Positions 19,125 through 30,381 of a DNA stretch of 64,000 nt are shown here, piece after piece. A program made the translations under genes and the position numbers. Where the stretch lies: positions 66,948-130,947 of the IMG/VR virus record IMGVR_UViG_3300032135_000003. The stretch is one strand, 5' to 3'. The DNA is from a virus. Lineage: Duplodnaviria; Caudoviricetes. Numbering within the stretch: position 1 is the stretch's first letter; the number at the start of each line of letters is the position of its first letter. Under the pieces are notes generated by a model. That model did not search any database, was not told the origin of the DNA, and saw nothing but the letters and a program-made list of their open reading frames with translations.

Positions 19125-22100
19125 ATGGAAGAAAAAGAACCTATATTTAGTTATACACCAAAAGCGCAAACAAATCAAGACCAAGTATCCTCTATTGCAG
19201 AGGATATTAAGGCTAAATACCCTGCCCCGAACTCTACAAATCAGATTCAGAGTCAGGGCTCTGCCTTTGATACCCCCAGCTCTTTATTTTCTCAACCAAA
19301 AAATGACTACAAAGTTTCTTTTAAGGACTACAGTGTAAAAGCGGATGAGATATACACGCAATTATCCGACGGGTCTTATCAGTCAAAGTATAAAAACTAT
19401 ATTCAAGGAACAGATAATAACGAAAGACTTGCACAAAGTCAAACCTCAGGAGAACAGTGGAGTAATGGACTTGTAAAACTTGTAGGTAAAACCAGTACTG
19501 CTGTTTTAGGAGGTACTATAGGGAGTGTAGTAGGATTAGGAGAACTAATTTCAACAGGCTCTTTGAGTGCTATGTACAACAATGATTTTAACAAATATCT
19601 TGACACTCTAAATGAGAAGATGGATTATAAATTACCTAACTACTACACAGAACAAGAGAGAAATGAAAATTTTGGACAAAGTTTAGACAATACAAATTTC
19701 TGGGCAAATGATGTTTTAGGGGGACTGTCTTTTACATTAGGTACAATAGTATCAGAGGGTATATGGGCAGCAGCTACAGGTGGAGCAGGATTAGCAGTTT
19801 CAGGAGCAAGAGTAGCAGCAAGAGCAGGATTAGGAGGATTTAAAACCGCAGCACAATTAGCAAGAGCAAATGCCAAAGCAGCCAAACTTGGAAAAGCCTT
19901 TTTAAGAGGCGCAGAATACTCAGGAGAAGCTGTTAACAAAGTAGGAAGGGGATTAGAATTATTTAATACTGCAAGGTTCACTTACACCTCAGCAGGTTAT
20001 GAAGCAGGGGTAGAGGCTAGAACCTTTATGAAAGAAGCGGAAGAAAACTACCGTTATACTTTTGAACAACAAAATGGAAGACCACCATCACCAGAGGAAT
20101 ACGCAGCTTTTAATGTAGATATGGTGAACACAGCAAATACCGTTTTTACAATAAATACTGCACTTGTAGGCTCGTCTAATTTAGCGGTATTTGGTAGAAT
20201 GTATGGATTAAGAAACCCTTTTAAATCTACAACAAGTGGAGTCAATAAAAGTCTTTTTGGCTTAGGAACAAAACAGGGTATGGCTGAAGGTAGAAAAGTA
20301 CTTGAAGTCTTAAAACCAACCAAATTACAAAAATTTGCAGGAAAAACCTATGGAATTCTAAAAGCTCCAGCAGTAGAAGGAGTATGGGAAGAAGGGATGC
20401 AAGCTGTTACCTCTAATGGGGCTCAGGCTTGGCTTAATTCTACTTATGATGCCAATGCAACTAAAGAGAATATAAGTCTTTCTGAGGCAGCTTATGAAGG
20501 ACTGTCCCATACTTATGGAACCAAAGAAGGTTGGAAGGAAGTAGGAATAGGAATGATTATAGGTTTAGTTGGCGGGGGGATTGCCACAGGGGGAAAATTT
20601 AATGAAGTAAGTAAATCCCGTAAAGACTTAGCAACTAAGGTAGGGGAAATAAACACTTTTTCAGCCGAAAACACTTTAGAAAATTTTAAAATACAAAATC
20701 AGGTATCCCAAGCAGTTAAGGACATTGAGAAAGCCGAAGCAAGTAATGATCTTTTAGGAAAAGACTTAGCTACCAGAAGATTACTGTACACCAATGCCAG
20801 AGCAAATGCAAGGTTTGGTAGAGATGAAGCATCAGAAGATTTTAAAGCTTCACTTCAAGGTTTAGATAATGATTACTTTGCCAGTATTGGTATTGATGTA
20901 TCTACTGAGGAAGGTGCAAAAGAAGCTCAGGATTTAAAAGACAGTTTATATACTCAATATAAAGACGTACAAAAACAGTATAAAACAAATAGAACTACAG
21001 CCGAGTACTTAGTAGGTAGAAGCCAGTTAGAAGGTGTTGATAATACAGAGGAATTGATAGAATCAGTTGCTTACAATATCACCATGGGAGAACAGTCTGA
21101 TAAGTTTGCAAGCCAAGCTTTTGAGGCTATCGAGGAAAATATGACCGATGAGCTTGGGGTGAAGATTGTAGGCGGGATAAAAATAAGAACAACTTTAGAT
21201 AAAGCTCACAAAAATACCAGAGAACGTTTTTACTACCACAGAAATAAACTCAAAGCTGCCACAGAAGAATTATCAAAAGCAGAACTGGAATTAAGAGATG
21301 CCCAAGCTGCACTTGCGGCTGCACCGAGAGAAAATAATATAACTGTTACCAAAAGACTAGCTAAAGCTCAGGAAAACTTACTTAAGATAACTGAGAGAAA
21401 GACCAGCGAAGAGAACTTGATGAATCAGACCTATGCAATGGCACAGGCTGAGAATCCATATTCAGGCACAGCAAATGTTTTGGAAAGTGATTTAGAAGCA
21501 GCAGACACAAATCTAAATGAAGGGGAAAAATATCTTGACAATTTAAAAGAGACCAACCCACAAAAGTTTAGAACACTTGAAAAGCTGTTTAAGGAATATC
21601 ATAAAGCTAACTATGCTTTCAGACAGTTTAATGAAACTGTTCAAGGTTTGACAAATGATAATTTAAAAATGCAAGAAGCTTCAAACGCTTTAAGCAAAAA
21701 AATATTTGGTCAGAAAACACCTAATGAGTTTACAAAAGAGTTTTTCATTAAAAACCTAGAAGCATACAGAGGTGATTTTGCAGAAACCCAAGGGGAATTT
21801 TTAGGAAATCAATTTAAAAATCAGACAGACAAGAAAAACAATATTGAGGATAAACTCTTTAAAGATGAAAAGCTATCCCCAGAAGAGCAAGAGGTTTATA
21901 ACAGTTTCAAAGAAGAAATAGATACCAATGTAAAATCCAAACAACTTGCAGAGAGAATTTTGGATGAAGGACAGGATTTCTTAACAGGAGATGATCTAAC
22001 TTTCTTTAATGAAAATAAAGATAAGATAAACCAGATTATAAGTGAAAAGGAAAAAGGAGACAGGGTAAAATCAAAATCTACAGAAGAGGAAAAGAAAAAT

Positions 22101-24386
22101 AGTCTTGAAGATAGAATTGAAAATGCAATAAAGAATAACTCTGTAGTTTTAAATTATGTGGGTGATAGTATAGATGATGTTATGTCCAAGAAACCTACAA
22201 CTAAAGAGAGAGACGAGTTTGAAAGCCTTTATAACAATGAGAGTAGAACTGATGAAGAAGAAAGCAGATACCAAGAACTTTTAGAAAAATTAACTAATTG
22301 GAGAGTAGTAGATGGTTCTATTGATCCTAATGGTTATTCCCTTGCAGATTTAATAAGAGCAAAAGAGCAACAGGACGCTAAACCTACAACAGACAATGTC
22401 AAGCAGGAACTTACACATCAGGAAACTATAGAGATAGGAACTGTAAGTGAGAAAGATGCCTCTGCAACAAGGTCAAATGTTAATTTTATACAGACTTATG
22501 AAAATGTTAAGGTAAAAGTTTCGTCAAGTAAAAAAGATTTTGTATTTTCACATCTGAATATAGAAAGCATCCTTAATTTATTTCCAGTTGATTTAATTAA
22601 AGTGCAACTTGCGGGAGATAAGGGAAAGAAAGATTTTACACCTAAGCTACTGGCAGACAATAGAAAAGAGCCAGGAACCAAGTTTGAAATTACTTTAGGA
22701 GATCAGAAAATTGTACTACTTATAGAAGAGCGTGGTAGAATTTCTATTCCAATTGAAGAGTTTAGATTAATTGAGGATAAATTAGGATTTAAACTAATTA
22801 ACCCTAAGTTAACAAAAACATCTTATTTTGATGTTTATAACAAGATTGCTGATATTTTCAGACCAAAGGGCTCTGATTTTAAAGTAGAAACAAGTGAAGG
22901 GGGAGAAGTAATTCTTCTGGAAGTACAGGAAATAGAAAATTTAGAAGCTGGAGATAAAGTTGGATTTAGAGTTAACCCAAACAGTGTATTTAACACAGCA
23001 TTAAAAGAAGAATATAATAACGCTAAGACAAAAGAAGCTAAAAAAGAGGTCAAAGATAAAATCATTAAGTCTTTAGAGATATACACGCAGACCGAAGATG
23101 GAAAAGTTATTGGGGTAACAAAAATCACAAATAAAAAAACCAATAAAAAAGATAAGGCACAGGATAACCATTTAGCATTAAGACAGTTTGCAGCACAACA
23201 GTTTATAAAGAATATAAAATCAAACAGCTCTTTCATTTTAAAGTCAGTTGTACCTGTTCAAATGGTTCTTTTGGGATCACCTGACTTAGTATTAGAGGAA
23301 ACAGAAGACGGCTTAGTTCCAAAGAACATAAGTATTACAGATGCAGCTTTAGAGCAAATAGTAGATTTTGGTTTTATTGAAAATGGGAAGATAGTTACTA
23401 ATGAAAAGGCAGAGGATTCAGATATAGTCAAGGATTTTATAAAAAGTGTAGGTAAAAATGAGCGAGTACCTTTTATAGTATTTAAACATGGGAATAAGAA
23501 AGTAGCTTATCCTGTAAGTTTGGTAACTACGGCTAACCCCGCTTCAAATGCGATTGTAGATATTAATAATACCGAGACTTTAACCGCAGGGGAAAAGATA
23601 GTGAAAATTAATGATATCCTTTTAGAGAACGGTATTTCTCCTCAGGAGTATGATTTAATGAACACAGATGCAGAGATTATAGATAAAAAGATAGATGAGA
23701 TAATTGAAAGGTTGGTTAGCAAAGAGATCAAACCAGATTTAAACAACTGGTTAGAGAGCAATAAATCTATTTTAAAGACCGAAGCAATTATAAGTATTGA
23801 TTTAGAAAACAGACCTTTAAAATCACCTAAAGTAATGTTGGATTTTGCTGCTGCTGAATTAAGTGAAGAGATAGAGCAAGTTGCAAATGAAGCTGCAACT
23901 ATTGAGACAGAAGTAGAGGAAAGTTTATTTACCCCAGTGGAGATAGATTTTGGTCAGGCAGAAGAAGTAATTTTAGGGGCAGGATTTCCTAAGGTTACTG
24001 AAGAACAGTTATCAAAAATGTCAAAAGAGCAGATAGGAGTAAAAATAGGGGAGCTTCAAAAAGAGAGGGATAAAAAACTTATTGAGTTAAGGGACAAAGA
24101 TGCCAAAAGAGCTTTATCTGAACTAAAGGCTAAGTTCCCAAAACAGTTTGAGAATTTGACCAATGAAGTACAAGTTATAGATGTAGTAGACAGATTACAA
24201 TTATTTGCAAATCAAAATAATGATGATGTACTTTATAACCAGACAGTAAATGCTATTAAGGGAGATACCAAAACAGAAGTAAATTCTATAATTGATGGAT
24301 TTGATTTCTTGATAAGTAAAGTACAGAACTACAGAGTAAAAACAATAAAGTCAGCAGTAACAGAATTAGAAAACCAAGATTGTTAA
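19125..24386 (+). CDS. Giant ejection protein with Gly/Ala-rich putative membrane-spanning segments
   Basis: 1753 aa; hydrophobic segments (LGGLSFTLGTIVSEGIWAAATGGAGLAV, VGIGMIIGLVGGGIA), EGVWEEGMQ motif, long coiled coils. Confidence 0.6.
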   Translation: MEEKEPIFSYTPKAQTNQDQVSSIAEDIKAKYPAPNSTNQIQSQGSAFDTPSSLFSQPKNDYKVSFKDYSVKADEIYTQLSDGSYQSKYKNYIQGTDNNERLAQSQTSGEQWSNGLVKLVGKTSTAVLGGTIGSVVGLGELISTGSLSAMYNNDFNKYLDTLNEKMDYKLPNYYTEQERNENFGQSLDNTNFWANDVLGGLSFTLGTIVSEGIWAAATGGAGLAVSGARVAARAGLGGFKTAAQLARANAKAAKLGKAFLRGAEYSGEAVNKVGRGLELFNTARFTYTSAGYEAGVEARTFMKEAEENYRYTFEQQNGRPPSPEEYAAFNVDMVNTANTVFTINTALVGSSNLAVFGRMYGLRNPFKSTTSGVNKSLFGLGTKQGMAEGRKVLEVLKPTKLQKFAGKTYGILKAPAVEGVWEEGMQAVTSNGAQAWLNSTYDANATKENISLSEAAYEGLSHTYGTKEGWKEVGIGMIIGLVGGGIATGGKFNEVSKSRKDLATKVGEINTFSAENTLENFKIQNQVSQAVKDIEKAEASNDLLGKDLATRRLLYTNARANARFGRDEASEDFKASLQGLDNDYFASIGIDVSTEEGAKEAQDLKDSLYTQYKDVQKQYKTNRTTAEYLVGRSQLEGVDNTEELIESVAYNITMGEQSDKFASQAFEAIEENMTDELGVKIVGGIKIRTTLDKAHKNTRERFYYHRNKLKAATEELSKAELELRDAQAALAAAPRENNITVTKRLAKAQENLLKITERKTSEENLMNQTYAMAQAENPYSGTANVLESDLEAADTNLNEGEKYLDNLKETNPQKFRTLEKLFKEYHKANYAFRQFNETVQGLTNDNLKMQEASNALSKKIFGQKTPNEFTKEFFIKNLEAYRGDFAETQGEFLGNQFKNQTDKKNNIEDKLFKDEKLSPEEQEVYNSFKEEIDTNVKSKQLAERILDEGQDFLTGDDLTFFNENKDKINQIISEKEKGDRVKSKSTEEEKKNSLEDRIENAIKNNSVVLNYVGDSIDDVMSKKPTTKERDEFESLYNNESRTDEEESRYQELLEKLTNWRVVDGSIDPNGYSLADLIRAKEQQDAKPTTDNVKQELTHQETIEIGTVSEKDASATRSNVNFIQTYENVKVKVSSSKKDFVFSHLNIESILNLFPVDLIKVQLAGDKGKKDFTPKLLADNRKEPGTKFEITLGDQKIVLLIEERGRISIPIEEFRLIEDKLGFKLINPKLTKTSYFDVYNKIADIFRPKGSDFKVETSEGGEVILLEVQEIENLEAGDKVGFRVNPNSVFNTALKEEYNNAKTKEAKKEVKDKIIKSLEIYTQTEDGKVIGVTKITNKKTNKKDKAQDNHLALRQFAAQQFIKNIKSNSSFILKSVVPVQMVLLGSPDLVLEETEDGLVPKNISITDAALEQIVDFGFIENGKIVTNEKAEDSDIVKDFIKSVGKNERVPFIVFKHGNKKVAYPVSLVTTANPASNAIVDINNTETLTAGEKIVKINDILLENGISPQEYDLMNTDAEIIDKKIDEIIERLVSKEIKPDLNNWLESNKSILKTEAIISIDLENRPLKSPKVMLDFAAAELSEEIEQVANEAATIETEVEESLFTPVEIDFGQAEEVILGAGFPKVTEEQLSKMSKEQIGVKIGELQKERDKKLIELRDKDAKRALSELKAKFPKQFENLTNEVQVIDVVDRLQLFANQNNDDVLYNQTVNAIKGDTKTEVNSIIDGFDFLISKVQNYRVKTIKSAVTELENQDC

Positions 24387-24389
24387 TAA

Positions 24390-27300
24390 ATGGGAATAGC
24401 TTGTAAGATTAATAGAGATAGTAAAGGAACACCAATTAGTGTCACCACAGAAAAAGGTGCAGACTCAATACTTTTTAAAGAAGCCTTAAAATTGGTGAAA
24501 GACCCGTTTAAAGCCTTGAACTTATACACAGTGAGCCATCTTCCCGTCTTTAAGGAAAAGGTATCAAACCCACTTGTACAAAAACACAAAAGGGAAACTT
24601 TAGATGCACTAAACAGACTTACCTCAAATAAGGAAATTACTATTGTTTCTGAGGGTAATGAGTACACTATCAATACAGCAAATATAAAAACTGCCCCAGC
24701 AAGAATAGAAGGTTCAGAGACAGAAACCATCATGAACTATTCCCACGATCTTCCTAATGGGGAGAGTGTAGATATGGGATTTATACAGTTAAAAGAGTCC
24801 CCAGAAGGATATCAGGTAATTTTCTCAAATCTCAATGAATCTTTAAGTGCTTACAATAATGGGCAATTAGAGACGTTACAGGGGAAAGGAATTGGCACTG
24901 AAATGTATAAGCAATTAGGAATTGAGTTGATTGGAGCAGGAGAAACTTTGTATTCTGACTTTAGTTACACACCACAGGCAGAAGGAGTTTGGAAGAAAAT
25001 GGAAAAAGCTGGGCTTGCCAGTCAGACTACCATAGTTGATAATAATGGGAAGGCAAAGACTGTGTATCAGATTACACCCAACCCATCTCAATTTGATAAA
25101 AATGGGGAGCCAAAATTATCTGAAATAACAAAATATATTGGGGAGCAAAGTAGGGCTGATAAAAAACTTACTTTCAAACAAACCCAAGATATAAAAAACG
25201 CTTTAAGAGACAATCCTAATTTAAAACAGGATATTGTAAATGCGTATATTACTGATGGACTGTTTTATATCAACAGACAGAAACTGTTAGAATCAGGTCT
25301 ATACAGTCTCCCAGAGGTTAACGAGATTATTTCCAACGCAGAGCTCCAGAATGAGATTAAAGCCTCTGTAAAAGCTTATTTGAACCATTCAACAGACATT
25401 GCAGCGCAAGTAGATAACAGTCCTTCATTGCCCGTAGTTTCTAAAAGCTTAATTACCCCTATTATAAACAGGTTAAAGAAAACTGGACTAGCTTTAAATA
25501 CCTTTGTACTTTCAAATGAGGGGATTAAAAACAAACTAAAATCCATTGGAGTAAATGAGAATGTTTTAAACCAAATCATAGGTAAAAAAGGCGCACAGAA
25601 TTTAGACAACGTAGAAGAGGTAACTTTTAGACTTGACAACTTAAGTATTGCAAGGGAGATGGAGTTTGAAAATAAAACCCCCAAGGAAATTAAACTTTTA
25701 ACAAACTGGGAAAGAGGTGCAGACAAATTATGGAAATATGAGATAGATGATTCAAAGTTTTCAACAAAAGATATAACTGTAAATTTATCTACCAGTAATA
25801 AAGAGTTTGAAGGAAAGTCGCAAGAGTTAAAACTTTCTGATATTTTAGACGCAAAAGAATTATACAAAGCCTATCCTCAAATGAAGGATACCAGAGTAGT
25901 CTTGTATTCAACAAAAGGGATTTTTAACCAAAACTCACAATTTCATAGTAATAAGAATTTTTACATAAACATAGACCAATATGGAGGAGAAACTAACTTT
26001 AGAAAACATTACATATCAGAGGGCGGACAGAGCGGACTGCTACACGAAATACAGCACTATATTCAACAAACTGAAGGATTTGCAAGAGGAGGCTCGCCAG
26101 AAGGACTCAAGCGGAGAATTAGCAAACTCTTTACTTCTATTCGGGTGCCAAATAAAGAGGGAGTTAGTATCGAAGATAATTACATTAGAAGGGCGGTTAG
26201 AACTGTTGCAGATATTAATGAAGAAACCTTAGAAGACTTTGCAAAAAAAGAAAAGCGAGAATTAGTTGCAGCAGCTTTAGGAAGGTTAATTTATTCAAAA
26301 CTTGCAGGAGAGGTAGAGGCTATAAATGTACAGAAAAGAGCCAACTTAACTCAGGAAGAAAGAAAACAGTTATTAGAAGATACAGAAGAAGTTTCAAGAG
26401 AAGACCAAATCTTTTTAACCAATCCTGATATTGAAGCTCAAATTGTAGGAGAAAAAGGAGCACAGAATTTAGATAATTCAGAAGAAGTAACTTTTAGATT
26501 AGAAAGTCTTTCCATAGCAAGAGAAATGGAAGATACTAAAACTCCTAAAGAAATAAGAATAGCTACAAACTGGGAACGTGGCGCAGATAATAAATGGAGA
26601 TACGAGGTACAAGATATAGAACTCTCAGTAGACGAAGTTGAGGTTGGAAAAGAATACAAATACACAGACCTTGTAAAAAACAACGAGCTTACAAAAGCAT
26701 ACCCAGAGTTAAAAAATATAAAAGTAATTTTTAAAGAAGATGGAAAAAACAGTTTTAGACCAGATACAGGGTACATTGAATTCGATACCAAAAATGCACC
26801 TGAGTACGTTGATAAATCAGCAACGGGGGGATTACAGGCTACCAATAGTGGTAGACAAGGAGAAGTGGAGAAATATATGTATAGACTACGCCCCGTGGAT
26901 AGAAAAAATTTGCTCCACGAATCAGCTCACTTTGTCCAATGGCAAGAAAATTTCTATAGAGGAGGCTCTCCATATCTTATTAGAGAAGAGGCCGAAAGAA
27001 TATCAGGAATTACTGGAGAGGATCAGCTTGGAGTTCAGGTTAGTAAAACACTCAAAGCTTTAGGAAAAGAAAATCTTACTCCAAGTGAGGATAAAATGTT
27101 AAGGGCTTATTTAAAGGCAATAGATGGTGAAGCAGATGCAGTATCGGTAGCATATAAAAATATTTCAGGGGAAGTAGAAGCAAGAAATATAGAGATGAGG
27201 GCTAATACACCTTTTGAGGAAAGAAGGGACTCACTTTTGCAGGAAACAGAAGATGTAAGAAGGGAAGACCAAATATTTCTAAGACAAGACAATGTCCAAT

Positions 27301-30248
27301 TTCAAGTAGTAGGAGAAAAAGGGGCTCAAACTTTAGATAAAGCTGAGGAGGTTAATTTTAGAATAAACAGCCTCAATATTGCTAAGAAAATAGAGACTTC
27401 TGGGAAAAACCCAAAAGAAATTAAAATAATAACAAACTGGGAAAGAGGCTCTGACAACAAATGGAGATATGAGGTTCCCGATGTAGAATTTTCTATAGAT
27501 GAAGTTGAATTAGGTAAAGAATACAAATATACGGATATTGTAAAAGCAAATAAATTTACAAAAGCTTATCCAGAACTTAATAATATAAAAGTAATATTTA
27601 ATGACCGAGGAAGAAATCAGTTTAGAGTACATAGAAATAGTATTGAATTGTCTACCAGGATTTTTTCTTTTTCCGCTTATTTATGGGAACAAGGAACCGC
27701 ACCTGTGGGAGGAAGAGAAGGATATATGCATAGACTATCAGCCGATAGTTTACGAAATCTTATCCACGAATCAGCTCACTTTGTTCAGGGACGAGAAGGT
27801 TTCAGTGGAGGAGGCTCTACAGTTGCTATTGAAGAAGAGGCCAGAAGATTATCAGAAACTGAAGGAGAAAGTTCAAAAGAGGTACAACTAGAAAAAGTAA
27901 ATAAAAGCCTTTTAAGAACCGATATTACTCAGAGTGATAGGAATGTATTAGAAGCATATAAACTATCTTTACAAAGAGACTACGTAGGTTTTTCAAACAG
28001 AGGGTATAGAAGTATTGCAGGAGAAGTAGAAGCACGTAATATGGAGAAGCGTTCCTCTATGTCTATGGAAGACAGAAGAAGCTCTTTATTAGAAGATACC
28101 GCAGATGTTTCCCCACAAGACCAAATATTTTTAAAACAAAATGGTACACAATTAAAGCAGGAGTTAGGGGGAATAGGGCTCTTAACAATACCCAATGGAT
28201 TTGTTTTTCAAAATGAAGTCTATTTGAATAAGGATAAAATGTCATTGAGTACGCCAATTCACGAATTTAGTCATATCTTTTTGAACAATTTAAAAGAGAC
28301 CAACCCTGAAATTTATCAAAAAGGACTGGCATTAATAGAAAAAGACGGGCAACAGTATATCGATTTTGTCAAGAAAAATCAACCTAATTTAAAAGGGGCT
28401 GCATTGTATGACGAGGCTTTGGCTCAAGCCATTGGAGATAGGGGTGCGAGAATAATAAATAAGTCTAAAAAGAACTCCTTTACAAAGTGGTTAGCTGACT
28501 TATGGGAAGTTATTAAAAACAGTTTAGGCTTATCCGAGTACACAGCAGACCAAGTTCAAAATATGAATTTAGGGGAATTTGCAGATGCAGTAGCAATAGA
28601 CCTCTTAAAAGGAAAAAACATAGGTAAGTTTATACAGCCTGAGAAAGACACAAGTAAGGTAAATTCTCTTGGTCTATATGAGAGCACTAACCCATTTTTA
28701 CAAGAAAAGGAAGTCGTACAATTACTGGGGGGAATTAAAGACAGGTCTTTGTTTGAAGAGAAACTGGAAGACAGTGAACTTGAAAACTTAAAATCCAATT
28801 ACTTTGAAGACCCGACTTTCGCAAACGAATTTTTTGAGGAAATGTCAGTTTTAAATAGAATTAGAGAGTTTAAAATAACTGATGGGAAATTAAGTAGAAA
28901 AAACAATTCTGAGACAAAAGCCTTACTGGAAGAAACTCTTATAGTTGGAGTAGAAAACGGTTTAAATGAGAGCATTACATATTTAGAGACCTTACCAGAA
29001 GATATATGGCAGAATAACTCTGAGGATATTGTTACTTTATTAGAAGATATTAGAGAAAAAGCAGTTGGTATTGGACTGAATTTGAACGGATTAGAAGATT
29101 CTTATATAAATAAAACCAAGAATGAAGTAATAAGTTTGTTAAATTCAGTTAAAAATGTTAACTTGCAGCCAAATAATTTAAGGCTGGAAGAACTTACGTC
29201 TTTGTATGATGAATTTTTCCAATCAGATAAATCGGGAGCAAATCAAATTGAGCTTCTACCTAAAGAACACAGGGAGAAGAGTTTAATATACTTAAAATCG
29301 GACTTATCAGAGTATGAACTTTTTAACAGTCATAGCTTATTAAGAGTAAGAGATAATGTGTATCAAAAAGTAGATAAGGATGGAACGTCTTTAGAAGTCT
29401 TAACACAAGCTCTACCAAATATAGACAATGCAGCAAAGTTTATAGAGAATGGAGTTACTAATTTAGAAACCCCTAACTTTAGTGTAGATAATGAAGTTTT
29501 ACAGAAAATGTTTGCCTTTAAAATTTACTTTAACTTGGAGATTAATAACCAACAAAGTATAAGTGAAGATATTCAATTAAAAGAGTACAGTAATTTTACT
29601 GGAAACTTGGGGTATTTACAAAAGGATTTTGTGGCTGATTTTAATAAAAATTCTGTTAAGGAACTGCAAAAAGAAAGCGAAGCTTATACTAATTTTTATA
29701 CTCATTTTAAAATTACCAATAAAGGAATAGAATTAAATAACACTGATCCTATTTCTATGGAACAAATAAAAGATTATTTAAATAGTAACGAGATTAATGA
29801 AAAGACTAAGGAGAATTTATTACAGTATAGTATAGTTTCAAAAAGTCTTGATTTAAGCAGTTTATTAGAAACTAACTCTATTGTAAAGACGGAAGAGTTT
29901 TACAGGGATTTTTACACTAATAACCCTATACAAGCTCCAAAGGCCGTAGGGCAATATAGTGTTATAAATGAGAGTACAATTGCTGCAAAAGGCAATCCTA
30001 AATTCATTAGAACACCAAAAGGAGTGTTTGAAGCTGTAACAGAAGTAGGAGGACAGAGTATTTATAAAAAACTACCTGAGACCAACACTGATTTTAACCA
30101 GTTGGATGTAGAGCAACCAGAATTAAATTTAGACTTAAGTAAGTTTAATCATTTACAAACAGCTCCAAGTAAAGTAGTAAAAGCTAAAAACTACTACAGT
30201 AATAAAGAATTAGCAGAAATAGACAACCAATTTTTTAATTGTGGATAA
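24390..30248 (+). CDS. Large polyvalent virion protein: GNAT-like domain, three LPD23-like/zincin units and an additional zincin
   Basis: LQGKGIGTEMY (GNAT motif A-like); three units with NWERGAD.KW.YE, HExxH (LLHEIQH, LLHESAH, LIHESAH) and (A/S)GEVEA; fourth TPIHEFSH. Confidence 0.75.
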   Translation: MGIACKINRDSKGTPISVTTEKGADSILFKEALKLVKDPFKALNLYTVSHLPVFKEKVSNPLVQKHKRETLDALNRLTSNKEITIVSEGNEYTINTANIKTAPARIEGSETETIMNYSHDLPNGESVDMGFIQLKESPEGYQVIFSNLNESLSAYNNGQLETLQGKGIGTEMYKQLGIELIGAGETLYSDFSYTPQAEGVWKKMEKAGLASQTTIVDNNGKAKTVYQITPNPSQFDKNGEPKLSEITKYIGEQSRADKKLTFKQTQDIKNALRDNPNLKQDIVNAYITDGLFYINRQKLLESGLYSLPEVNEIISNAELQNEIKASVKAYLNHSTDIAAQVDNSPSLPVVSKSLITPIINRLKKTGLALNTFVLSNEGIKNKLKSIGVNENVLNQIIGKKGAQNLDNVEEVTFRLDNLSIAREMEFENKTPKEIKLLTNWERGADKLWKYEIDDSKFSTKDITVNLSTSNKEFEGKSQELKLSDILDAKELYKAYPQMKDTRVVLYSTKGIFNQNSQFHSNKNFYINIDQYGGETNFRKHYISEGGQSGLLHEIQHYIQQTEGFARGGSPEGLKRRISKLFTSIRVPNKEGVSIEDNYIRRAVRTVADINEETLEDFAKKEKRELVAAALGRLIYSKLAGEVEAINVQKRANLTQEERKQLLEDTEEVSREDQIFLTNPDIEAQIVGEKGAQNLDNSEEVTFRLESLSIAREMEDTKTPKEIRIATNWERGADNKWRYEVQDIELSVDEVEVGKEYKYTDLVKNNELTKAYPELKNIKVIFKEDGKNSFRPDTGYIEFDTKNAPEYVDKSATGGLQATNSGRQGEVEKYMYRLRPVDRKNLLHESAHFVQWQENFYRGGSPYLIREEAERISGITGEDQLGVQVSKTLKALGKENLTPSEDKMLRAYLKAIDGEADAVSVAYKNISGEVEARNIEMRANTPFEERRDSLLQETEDVRREDQIFLRQDNVQFQVVGEKGAQTLDKAEEVNFRINSLNIAKKIETSGKNPKEIKIITNWERGSDNKWRYEVPDVEFSIDEVELGKEYKYTDIVKANKFTKAYPELNNIKVIFNDRGRNQFRVHRNSIELSTRIFSFSAYLWEQGTAPVGGREGYMHRLSADSLRNLIHESAHFVQGREGFSGGGSTVAIEEEARRLSETEGESSKEVQLEKVNKSLLRTDITQSDRNVLEAYKLSLQRDYVGFSNRGYRSIAGEVEARNMEKRSSMSMEDRRSSLLEDTADVSPQDQIFLKQNGTQLKQELGGIGLLTIPNGFVFQNEVYLNKDKMSLSTPIHEFSHIFLNNLKETNPEIYQKGLALIEKDGQQYIDFVKKNQPNLKGAALYDEALAQAIGDRGARIINKSKKNSFTKWLADLWEVIKNSLGLSEYTADQVQNMNLGEFADAVAIDLLKGKNIGKFIQPEKDTSKVNSLGLYESTNPFLQEKEVVQLLGGIKDRSLFEEKLEDSELENLKSNYFEDPTFANEFFEEMSVLNRIREFKITDGKLSRKNNSETKALLEETLIVGVENGLNESITYLETLPEDIWQNNSEDIVTLLEDIREKAVGIGLNLNGLEDSYINKTKNEVISLLNSVKNVNLQPNNLRLEELTSLYDEFFQSDKSGANQIELLPKEHREKSLIYLKSDLSEYELFNSHSLLRVRDNVYQKVDKDGTSLEVLTQALPNIDNAAKFIENGVTNLETPNFSVDNEVLQKMFAFKIYFNLEINNQQSISEDIQLKEYSNFTGNLGYLQKDFVADFNKNSVKELQKESEAYTNFYTHFKITNKGIELNNTDPISMEQIKDYLNSNEINEKTKENLLQYSIVSKSLDLSSLLETNSIVKTEEFYRDFYTNNPIQAPKAVGQYSVINESTIAAKGNPKFIRTPKGVFEAVTEVGGQSIYKKLPETNTDFNQLDVEQPELNLDLSKFNHLQTAPSKVVKAKNYYSNKELAEIDNQFFNCG
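25572..28135 (+). repeat. Three tandem ~865-bp (~288-aa) diverged repeats
   Basis: Units start at 25572 (QIIGKKGAQNLD), 26439 (QIVGEKGAQNLD) and 27303 (QVVGEKGAQTLD); each ends DQIFL; similarity also visible at nucleotide level. Confidence 0.9.
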
Positions 30249-30381
30249 AGAAAAAGTATTAGAAGAATTTAGTAAAAAACTTATAGGAGACCAACAAGAG
30301 TTAGACCCTGACTTTAATGAAGTTTTAAATAAAATGTTCTGGGAGTTAATAGATAATGAACCAACAAAACCAAGATTTTAG
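30241..30381 (+). CDS. Small 46-aa hypothetical protein (not in the ORF track)
   Basis: GTG-initiated frame MDKEKVLEEFSKKLIGDQQELDPDFNEVLNKMFWELIDNEPTKPRF* fills the gap between two giant genes exactly. Confidence 0.5.
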   Translation: MDKEKVLEEFSKKLIGDQQELDPDFNEVLNKMFWELIDNEPTKPRF

